Below, piece after piece: positions 27,597 to 35,067 of a stretch of 45,965 bases of DNA. This stretch comes from Thermoguttaceae bacterium. Its GTDB lineage: Bacteria; Planctomycetota; Planctomycetia; Pirellulales; Thermoguttaceae. The stretch covers positions 1 to 45,965 of the forward strand of contig JBOFGF010000234.1 of NCBI GenBank assembly GCA_051649005.1, in the 5' to 3' direction. A program made the position numbers and the translations under genes. Position 1 is the first letter of the stretch, and each line of letters opens with the position of its first letter. Under the pieces are notes generated by a model that saw nothing but the letters and a program-made list of their open reading frames with translations, searched no databases and had not been told where the DNA came from.

Positions 27597-27735
27597 GTTA
27601 ATTCGATGCACACTGACAGACGTATGTCATGCTCGAACCCGATAAAAGAATAAGAGGGGGCAATCGGTGTTCCCTTTCGATGCTGTAGTGACTGGAAAAC
27701 CCCATTCTTTTCTAATTAACACGGAGTATTGTGCC

Positions 27736-28452
27736 ATGAACAAAGAAATAACTAATCGTGTTGTCGTCATCGAACATCGTCTATTTCTTGCCGACCTTCT
27801 GCAATATCGTTTGCGAAAAACATTTCCAAATGTGGATGTTCACATTACAAATTCGTCCGATGGTGCTCTGAAAACGGTTTATCGACACTTTCACTCTCTG
27901 AAATGCCTGGAAACTATGATTTCACCTATTTTTGTCATTGGAGGAAATTCGTATTTTGCCACTATGACAATTTTCAATCGACTTGCCACCTGTTTTCCTC
28001 GTGCGAAATATGTTCTTTTAGATGATATTGCACGACATGGATGTTCCGTTTTGGCGGAGCGTTTGGCTTTTCACGGCTATTTTACATTATCAGATACACC
28101 CAAAGATTGCATTGAATGTTTTGAATCTATTTTTGAAAACAAACCTTTTGTTGCACCAAATGGAGTACATTATCTTTCCACTGATGCGACTTGCGATTTA
28201 CTTTGCGCCAAAAATGAAATTCGGAACGAACATCCACATACATTCACCGAACAAGAGTGGCTTTGTTTTCAATATCTCATTTTGGGAAAAGAAATTTCTG
28301 TGGTCGCACGGCGACTCTGTATTGAAGACCGATCAGCGGTGAATCTACAATACCGAATTATGAAAAAATTGCACGTCAATAAATGGATCGAAGTTCTCTT
28401 GTTGGCACTTCATTGGGGATTTCTCGATTCACGCACGCACAAACAATTGTGA
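27736..28452 (+). CDS. LuxR/GerE-type HTH regulator with degenerate receiver-like N-domain
   Basis: ATG at 27736, 10 nt after acggag. C-terminal FTEQEWLCFQYLILGKEISVVARRLCIEDRSAVNLQYRIMKKL is a GerE-type HTH. The N-domain (VVVIEHRLF...) lacks the acidic pocket residues of phospho-accepting receivers. Confidence 0.6.
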   Translation: MNKEITNRVVVIEHRLFLADLLQYRLRKTFPNVDVHITNSSDGALKTVYRHFHSLKCLETMISPIFVIGGNSYFATMTIFNRLATCFPRAKYVLLDDIARHGCSVLAERLAFHGYFTLSDTPKDCIECFESIFENKPFVAPNGVHYLSTDATCDLLCAKNEIRNEHPHTFTEQEWLCFQYLILGKEISVVARRLCIEDRSAVNLQYRIMKKLHVNKWIEVLLLALHWGFLDSRTHKQL

Positions 28453-28499
28453 GACATCAATTGTGAGACATTGATTTTAACACAGTAAAAGGCACGGAA

Positions 28500-28540
28500 T
28501 TGGATGTTTATCCAGCTTTCGTAGAAAGCTGCTGCTTTAC
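28500..28540 (+). repeat. R1 hairpin element
   Basis: ttggatgtttatccagctttcgtagaaagctgctgctttac, 47 nt after the stop of the LuxR-type gene. The 3' flank (aaaaacaagc..tacaaaat) is also shared with the 11451 copy. Confidence 0.8.
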
Positions 28541-28694
28541 AAAAACAAGCAAATATCTACAAAATTACCACAATTAAGAGCGACATTTTGTCTCCGTTTT
28601 CGGTATAACAAAGTCACGCTGAGAGAAACAGATTGTGCGATTCAAATCATGTCAATACTAAACGACAAACGATGTGAGCACCTGATTGGCGGTT

Positions 28695-29036
28695 CTAAAT
28701 GGCTTCATTTCCGCGTTCTCCAGTGCGAATACGCACACATTCTTCCAGAGGCAGAACAAAAATTTTCCCATCAGGAGTGGTGTCGTGGTCATAAGCTCCT
28801 TTTCGGATCGCTTCCAAAGTCGGCTCCAAAAAATTATCATTGACACCGATCATAATTTGGACGCGTCTTGTTTGCATCATCTCCGATTCACGTCCCTTTC
28901 CTAAGTCGGGAGAGATTTTAGCTGCCCCAAATCCTTGTACGTCCATGACTGTTAGACGAAAGACATTCACGTCCGCCAGTTCCTTCTTAATTTTTTCCAA
29001 TCGATCCGGCGGGAGAACAGCGATTATCATTTTCAT
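28695..29036 (-). CDS. PII (GlnB)-like signal-transduction protein, atypical T-loop
   Basis: 113 aa from MKMIIAVLPPDRLEKIKKEL. B-loop and C-terminus are canonical (DGKIFVLPLEECVRIRTGERGNEAI). The T-loop (GFGAAKISPDLGKGRESEMM) lacks the usual RQKG...Y pattern. Confidence 0.75.
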   Translation of the reverse strand: MKMIIAVLPPDRLEKIKKELADVNVFRLTVMDVQGFGAAKISPDLGKGRESEMMQTRRVQIMIGVNDNFLEPTLEAIRKGAYDHDTTPDGKIFVLPLEECVRIRTGERGNEAI

Positions 29037-29152
29037 GTCACAAATCCCCAAAAAAGAGAGAGAGGCGAGAACATAAAAGAAAACATAGTAAGTTCATTCT
29101 AACACACAATCAAAAAAAATCAATGGAGAAAAAATAAATTTTAGGTGGATCG

Positions 29153-30055
29153 TCATGAATAAGGACACACATTTTGGCAGACATCACAGCCATATTGACC
29201 GGAAATTGTTAGATTTTCTTGAATTTCGGGCGGCAACTGGCCGCGATGTTCGATTGTCCAATAACTCAGACATCGTCTCGCATCGAGATGATATGGTTTC
29301 AGTGCCTGCATTGGACACGCATCAATGCAGAGTGTGCAATCACCGCAAAAATCCAAAGATAATCGATCCGAGAAATGATAATTTGCCGAATCATTGTTGT
29401 GGCAATCGAGTTTTACAGTGGACAGGAGTGCTGCTAAAAAAATTTTTGAACCGAAATGAGGATGAATCAGCATCGTGTTTTTGCCGATGAGACCGAGACC
29501 AGCATCGACTGCGAATTGGCGTTCTAAAAGTGGAGCGGTGTCGACCACACCACGACATCTTTCATTTGGAAATAATTCACGATGCTTTTGTGCCAAAATG
29601 TGGAGACGCTCTCGAATCCAGTCATGATAATCGACTCCGCGTGCAAATTCGGCCACTCCAATGAAAGGAAAATCGGGGCGATTTCGCCTTTTGGTGTCAC
29701 AAGAAGAAAAATTTGATGATGTGGAAGATGATTCCAATTGATTTGTTTTTTCCGCTTCAAAACGCTGTTTGGACTTTTGTAAATCGTCTTTTGAATCCTT
29801 TGTGATTCCCAAAACAGTCGAATAGGTCACTCCCAGCATCAACAGCGATTGTACATGTGGCAAAATCGAATTAGGATGTTTTCTCGCTTCTTTTCGAGTT
29901 GCAAGAAAATCCATTCCGGCATGACATCCAGCATCGACCCACTGCAAAAAATCATTATATGTTTTTGGAGACGAAGCAGGAGCAACACCGGCCAACACAA
30001 AACCGAGACTTTTCGCGGATTGTACTAATTCATCCGTTTTTGCCGTTTGGCACAT
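29153..30055 (-). CDS. queG: Epoxyqueuosine reductase, short form ending at the second ferredoxin motif
   Basis: N-terminal LGFVLAGVAPAS..FLQWVDAGCHAGMDFL (DUF1730-like), then CGDCTLCIDACPMQAL and GCDVCQNVCPYS followed directly by the stop. A Ser/Lys-rich insertion lies in the middle. Confidence 0.75.
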   Translation of the reverse strand: MCQTAKTDELVQSAKSLGFVLAGVAPASSPKTYNDFLQWVDAGCHAGMDFLATRKEARKHPNSILPHVQSLLMLGVTYSTVLGITKDSKDDLQKSKQRFEAEKTNQLESSSTSSNFSSCDTKRRNRPDFPFIGVAEFARGVDYHDWIRERLHILAQKHRELFPNERCRGVVDTAPLLERQFAVDAGLGLIGKNTMLIHPHFGSKIFLAALLSTVKLDCHNNDSANYHFSDRLSLDFCGDCTLCIDACPMQALKPYHLDARRCLSYWTIEHRGQLPPEIQENLTISGQYGCDVCQNVCPYS

Positions 30056-30287
30056 ATTTCATTTTTGAGATTAATTGCTGTCGAAATTATATTGCATTAA
30101 ATTGCATATTATAAACGGCAACAAAATGAGCTGTTTATCTCCCACTTTTGCGAGTTCGGCACAAAAAGCGACTGTCTGATAAAAAAAATCGAATTTTAAC
30201 AAAATGGCATGAACAAAAGTGTCGTTTTATGACGCACTTCGCAGAATAAATTTAATCTTGTAGCTGAATGAATTCGAGAAAACGGAA

Positions 30288-33200
30288 TCAATTGCGTCCT
30301 GGAATTAGAGGCAATTGCGGGAGCGGAGGCAGATATTGGAATGGATTCAGTCGCTGCCAAGTTGAAGGTGTGTTTGGTGGATTCTGCGGCGGAACGACAG
30401 AAGGAATATCGAATTGGACTGCATTGACTTGCACGTCATCCAATTGAATTTCTCCGAATCCCTGCAATGCAAAAAAGACGAAATAATCACCTGTTTGTGG
30501 GATATTTCGATAGAATGCAAATTCTCGCCACTCTCCCTTTGTCTGTGTGAATCGAAGTGCGAGTGATTCTCCTCCGAGTGAATCGAAAATAGTGAGTCCA
30601 TCGACTGTCGATTCGAGTGGTTTTGGAATACGAATCCAGCCATGAACGCAGATCATTTCTCCCATTTGGACTGGAATCGGCGGCGATGAAATCCAGAGAG
30701 GAGCCGTTTCAAGTTGTGTTGGTTTGTCTTCTAAATTCATGGGAGATACTGTCATGCGGAGACCACTTCGGCCTGAATGTGCCGCGTTTGAAACCGTTTC
30801 ACATGTCGGAGTTGCCACGCCTTCAATTCGATGTCTTCGTGCCTCCCAACGAGTTGCGAGCATTTGGTTAATATCTTCCATGTCACCACCAGGAAGGCGA
30901 TTTGGACCGAGCTGCGCCTGATTTGCCCTTTGATATGCTCCAATATAAAGAGGCAATGTGGCAAATGAGACGGAAACTGGTGTCATTCCTGAATTCAATT
31001 CATATCGAGTCGCCTCTCGGAGCATGTCTCGTGCGACCACACGAAGTCCACGCGTTGATCGCTCTGCTTGTAAAAAAGAGCGCGCATAATCAGGCGGGTT
31101 TCTCTGCGCCAAATTGTTTGCCAGATCAATCGCCTCTTTCGTTGTTCGCAGCATGGTTTCTTGCTCAGTAACAGAAACGAGCGGTAATTTATCTTTGGGA
31201 TGAACTGGAATCGAATTGGTTTCTTTTGCGGTTTTTAATGCTGTCAGAACATTCTTCGTCGATGCCAAATGTAATGTCGCCAAATGACACGCCAGTGCCG
31301 CCGCGCGGGGACCCATTTGTTTGGCGCGTTCACCAACTTGTGCATAAATAGTATCGACTTCGCCAAAAAAAATCAGTGAATTGAGATTGGCTTCTTCCAA
31401 TTCGAGCTGCATTCCACCTGCAACTCGTTTGGAATCGAGCGGAAAAAGACGACCAGGAACCAAATGAAACGCACTATAAGTTTCAGGAATTCCTGGAACA
31501 ACGTATTCGACCGGTCCGACAACAGCCGCTCCAATTGCTTGTTGACTTAGTTGTTCGTGCCAGAGAGGCACGAGGAGTCGTGAACGACCCGACTGAAGCA
31601 AAACACTGCTCATTTTTCCTCGTTTTGCATTGACGAGTGCCGATTGCACCTGACCACCGGCGAACCATTCTTCAATCAACTGCAATTCAAGATTGATCAG
31701 TTCGAGTGCAGTGCGACGAAACTCAGTTTCGGGATCATTATTTGTAAGAGGCGTGTTTGATGTAAACAGAAACCCATGTACACCTGCGGCAAGTCCCTGA
31801 AAAACCTGCATTTGCAATTGCTCATAAGAAATTGGGCAAATTTCTTCCGCATTTCCTCCATACAACATCCACTGAGTCGCCAGTTTCGTGGACGGCTGTG
31901 TTTGAATTGTCCCCCAAAATGGAGTGTCCGGCCTCGCCAGCGACGGATAATCTTTTTGCCATCTCTCCAAATCTCGCATTTCAAGAGATGAAAAGAGTGG
32001 TTCGCGTGGCATCATCAAAACATTTGCGATTCGACTATATTCTCGCACTCCACTTCGTGCAGTACAAAGGAGCGGTCTTCTGCGCCCCTGATCTGCGTTT
32101 TGCAGCACGGAGGCCCACTGTGCATTTTCGGCATATCCGGGCGCAGAACATTCATCTCCCAAATTCCATGCCAGAACATTGTCATATAATGAATCGAGCA
32201 GTGGTGTGTTCAAATAAGCAGCGCGTATTCCCGACTGATTGGCAGTGGGTTCAAATTTCTTTGCACGCTCCAATTCTGCTGGTCCGGGTGGTTCGCAAAT
32301 AATCCAAACGCCGGCTTCTTTGGCTTCTTGTAAAAGTTCGGCAGTGGCGCGTCCTCGCACCCAGACGACATTAAATTCGAGTCGTCGAAGAAAATCGAGT
32401 GGTTCTCCCTGATATTCAATTGCACGAACTCCAATTGGCATCCCATCAACTAAAAGATTTTGACCAGAAAGACGAATGTCCATCAATGCAGCCGGAGAAG
32501 TCGCTCCATTTGACTGATAATTCATCATTGAATATGTGATTCCATTTTTCGCGTCGCTCGTTGGTGCGCCATAAAACAACCGCATTCGGCTTTTTTCATA
32601 CAGGGTTTGTTCCGTTTGCGGTGAATGTTGCTCGTATTTCATTGACACGTTTGCTTTTAGTGGCTCTGGTATTCCTGAAATTGCTTGGGATGTCCAGCGA
32701 GTTTCATTCCCCTGCATATTTGAACGGATTTCATGGAGAAAATAAGTTTCATGTGAGTTTTCGAGCTTAAAACCGATAAAATTGACCGGATCAAATTGAT
32801 ACAAATAGTCCCCATTTTTGTCGGTTTCAAATTGATTGACCATTTCCAAGTGGGCAGTAATTTTTCCTTCCAATTGCGGTGCTTCGACCCAAATCGTGGT
32901 TTGTTTCGGTTGATTGGGAACAGGTTCGATGAACAAAATCAGTTGTCGGATATATTTTCCCCGTGTATCAAGTTGTTGTTTCATTTCCGCTCGAAGAAAA
33001 CCTGATACTCGCTCTGATTGCTGTTGCAATGTTGACTGCGTTCCCATGAACTGGCTCGATTTATCCGATAAAATGACGTTATTTTGTTGCGATTGGACTG
33101 AAGAAAATTGCCTTTCTGCAAGTTGCCTGCCCGCAAATTGATGACTGGAAAAATCGAGCGTTTCCCATTGACCAGAACCGGAATGTTTACTTCCTGCGAC

Positions 33201-33587
33201 CAAAAAAGTGACCGGCTTTCCTGTTGCTGGATGAATTGTATTAGGAAGCACGACCTGCGCGGCCAAAACGATTCCGGGCATGTTCGATTTAATTTGGACA
33301 CTCGGAGAGGTTTCGTCAATCAAAAGTGGAAAAGAGAGAGGATATCCAATTACAACGGAAGAATTTTCGGGTAAATCGACTTCCAATTCAGCGACTGGAA
33401 TTTCATTCGGCGACAGTGTGTGTTTTATTGTGCGACATTTCCCATTATTCTCCGAATGACGCAATTGCCAATTTGGCACAGCTTCTTCACTCGGCGCACC
33501 TTCGCCCGCCCACAATGCAGATACAAAGTGAGATACCACTGTCAGAAGAATCGAAAATGAACAGATACAAAATAGAAGGCGAAGCAT
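30288..33587 (-). CDS. Large secreted hypothetical protein (about 1,099 aa)
   Basis: The ATG at 33587 gives MLRLLFCICSFSILLTVVSHFVSALWA (signal peptide). It is one long uninterrupted ORF. A central segment (VRAIEYQGEPLDFLRRLEFNVVWVRGRATAELLQEAKEAGVWIICEPP) is vaguely glycoside-hydrolase TIM-barrel-like, but I cannot assign a family. Confidence 0.5.
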   Translation of the reverse strand: MLRLLFCICSFSILLTVVSHFVSALWAGEGAPSEEAVPNWQLRHSENNGKCRTIKHTLSPNEIPVAELEVDLPENSSVVIGYPLSFPLLIDETSPSVQIKSNMPGIVLAAQVVLPNTIHPATGKPVTFLVAGSKHSGSGQWETLDFSSHQFAGRQLAERQFSSVQSQQNNVILSDKSSQFMGTQSTLQQQSERVSGFLRAEMKQQLDTRGKYIRQLILFIEPVPNQPKQTTIWVEAPQLEGKITAHLEMVNQFETDKNGDYLYQFDPVNFIGFKLENSHETYFLHEIRSNMQGNETRWTSQAISGIPEPLKANVSMKYEQHSPQTEQTLYEKSRMRLFYGAPTSDAKNGITYSMMNYQSNGATSPAALMDIRLSGQNLLVDGMPIGVRAIEYQGEPLDFLRRLEFNVVWVRGRATAELLQEAKEAGVWIICEPPGPAELERAKKFEPTANQSGIRAAYLNTPLLDSLYDNVLAWNLGDECSAPGYAENAQWASVLQNADQGRRRPLLCTARSGVREYSRIANVLMMPREPLFSSLEMRDLERWQKDYPSLARPDTPFWGTIQTQPSTKLATQWMLYGGNAEEICPISYEQLQMQVFQGLAAGVHGFLFTSNTPLTNNDPETEFRRTALELINLELQLIEEWFAGGQVQSALVNAKRGKMSSVLLQSGRSRLLVPLWHEQLSQQAIGAAVVGPVEYVVPGIPETYSAFHLVPGRLFPLDSKRVAGGMQLELEEANLNSLIFFGEVDTIYAQVGERAKQMGPRAAALACHLATLHLASTKNVLTALKTAKETNSIPVHPKDKLPLVSVTEQETMLRTTKEAIDLANNLAQRNPPDYARSFLQAERSTRGLRVVARDMLREATRYELNSGMTPVSVSFATLPLYIGAYQRANQAQLGPNRLPGGDMEDINQMLATRWEARRHRIEGVATPTCETVSNAAHSGRSGLRMTVSPMNLEDKPTQLETAPLWISSPPIPVQMGEMICVHGWIRIPKPLESTVDGLTIFDSLGGESLALRFTQTKGEWREFAFYRNIPQTGDYFVFFALQGFGEIQLDDVQVNAVQFDIPSVVPPQNPPNTPSTWQRLNPFQYLPPLPQLPLIPGRN

Positions 33588-33789
33588 AAACCGAATAATA
33601 CAAAAAAACGGAGAATTTGAAAAGGTCAAAATAGTAAAAAATACCGGTGAAATCGGATGAAATGATATGATAATGAAAAAATAAAAATTTTTCTTCACTT
33701 ATATTTATTTTTTGTCAAGAAAGAGTATAAAATAGAGTAGTACAGAGAAAAAAGTTTTTGCGATGCAAGTCGTCCTGACCAATAATCCC

Positions 33790-33910
33790 AGTCCACTAAC
33801 AAGTTTTGTGAACTTCGGAATTTTTTACCACAGAGGGCACGGAGAACACGGAGAATACAAGACACTCTGTGAACTCTGTGTCTCTGTGGTGAAAACTTGT
33901 TAGCAGACTG
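33790..33910 (+). mobile_element. 121-nt MITE, copy 2, flanked by a perfect 11-nt duplication
   Basis: Same element as 22868-22997 but with cacggagaa x2. Flanked by ccaataatccc at 33779-33789 and at 33911-33921. Confidence 0.8.
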
Positions 33911-34033
33911 CCAATAATCCCCAAAAACAAAAATGACATGTTGACATGTGGAATCATGTCCTAAAATCACCATTTCGCAATTTCATGCAAGAAAGCATCT
34001 TATTTGCACTCGCCATTTCCTTATTTTCCCCCC

Positions 34034-34333
34034 ATGATTACAGAGACACGGAACCAAACAAAATCCGAAACAACCACTGAAACAACGTCAGAAGTCGATG
34101 AATTAATGGATTTAGTTCGTGTCATCGACAAAGTACCACTTGAATATCGCGCCGATTTATATCGCACATTAGACCGTCTTGTCACAGGTTTTGAACAACG
34201 TCAACATCTTATTGGTCAAATTCAGGACACAATTTCGCAAATGAGTCTCGACATTAAATATATGATCTTCGATCTTGAAGCCACTCGCAAAGAACGAGAC
34301 ATGTATCGAGCACAACTGGAATACCTTAGTTAA
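34034..34333 (+). CDS. Small coiled-coil hypothetical protein (99 aa)
   Basis: ATG at 34034 (MITETRNQTK...). Thr/Glu-rich N-terminus, then heptad-like helices (LDRLVTGFEQRQHLIGQIQDTISQMSLDIKYMIFDLEATRKERDMYRAQLEYL). No family recognised. Confidence 0.4.
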   Translation: MITETRNQTKSETTTETTSEVDELMDLVRVIDKVPLEYRADLYRTLDRLVTGFEQRQHLIGQIQDTISQMSLDIKYMIFDLEATRKERDMYRAQLEYLS

Positions 34334-34368
34334 TTGCTGCTGCATTTACATCTTAATTGCTTGCTCAC

Positions 34369-34704
34369 ATGTTCATAATATATGCCATAATTCGACCCAA
34401 AAAATGGATTGCTGTGCAGGAAGCACTGCGTCAAATTGAAGTGGAGCGCATGACAGTGGCCGATGTTCTCGGATTTGCCGAACCTGTTAGTGCCGGAACA
34501 CGGCAAATTCCACTGAAATTGACACAATATGTTCTCGTCGAAATCATTGTCAATGACGATTTTCAAAAACGCACTGTCGAAATGATCGAAAAAGTTGCCA
34601 GAACAGGAGTAGAAGGAATGGACGGAGATGGCAAAGTTTTTGTTCTCCCAATTTGTGATACAATTCGCATTCACGACAATTTTCGTGGAAAAGGAGCGGT
34701 CTGA
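34369..34704 (+). CDS. Divergent PII-like protein
   Basis: 111 aa from MFIIYAIIRPKKWIAVQEAL. PII fold pattern with GDGKVFVLPICDTIRIHDN, but a short non-canonical T-loop (GFAEPVSAGTRQIP) and an altered C-terminus. Confidence 0.6.
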   Translation: MFIIYAIIRPKKWIAVQEALRQIEVERMTVADVLGFAEPVSAGTRQIPLKLTQYVLVEIIVNDDFQKRTVEMIEKVARTGVEGMDGDGKVFVLPICDTIRIHDNFRGKGAV

Positions 34705-34745
34705 AAAACCGCGACTGCGCCGGAGCACCAGCGCGTATCTGTCCA

Positions 34746-34780
34746 CGTTTTGCCCGCTTTCGTAGAAAGCGGTTGTTTTG
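34746..34780 (+). repeat. R1 hairpin element, CCGC stem variant
   Basis: cgttttgcccgctttcgtagaaagcggttgttttg, with stem CCGCTTTC/GAAAGCGG, 41 nt after the PII-like stop. Confidence 0.8.
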
Positions 34781-34783
34781 TTC

Positions 34784-34887
34784 GGCGGTGTGTTTGGCGA
34801 GCCGTCGGCGTAAGTCGGCGGTGTGTTTGGCGAGCCGTCGGCGTAAGTCGGCGGTGTGTTTGGCGAGCCGCCAACGTAAGTTGGCGG
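34784..34887 (+). repeat. Three tandem 33-nt R2 units
   Basis: GGCGAGCC starts at 34796, 34829 and 34862. Units 1 and 2 have CCGTCGGC GTAA GTCGGCGG (two G.T pairs). Unit 3 has CCGCCAAC GTAA GTTGGCGG (perfect). Confidence 0.9.
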
Positions 34888-34976
34888 GTTTGTTGAGCCT
34901 ATTTTGTCAATTTCATCAAAATCGTAAAACTTGTTATCGAACTGGTAATATAATTGAGTAAATGATATTACCACCT

Positions 34977-35004
34977 TTCACTATCGCGGGAATGATGGTA
35001 TAAT
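34977..35004 (+). promoter_or_regulatory. Candidate sigma-70 promoter for gltA
   Basis: TTCACT-N16-TATAAT with a TG two nt upstream of the -10 box (extended -10), about 65 nt upstream of the ATG. Confidence 0.4.
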
Positions 35005-35067
35005 GGCTCTGGTTTTCAGCCAAATTGTGCCATTTTGGCACGACTTATTGAAGAAAGGAACCGAAAA

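Noticed and set aside
34330-34974. 214-aa minus-strand ORF. Similar ORFs at 39129-39773 (minus), 39355-39687 (minus), 39555-40094 (plus), 41930-42202 (minus), 22410-22952 (minus), 24640-25014 (plus) and 37098-37547 (minus) contain PPTYAGGSPN, RQLTLAARQ or MVETNCP-type peptides.
   Set aside because: These peptides are translations of the R2/R3/R4 repeat modules in either orientation. The ORFs span intergenic repeat blocks, overlap real genes and lack ribosome-binding sites.
35026-35056. Palindrome GTGCCAttttGGCAC and a TGGCACG-N4-ATTG string resembling a sigma-54 -24/-12 promoter in the gltA leader.
   Set aside because: The -12 element is TG rather than GC at the correct spacing, and a 6-bp palindrome of this kind is expected many times by chance in 46 kb.
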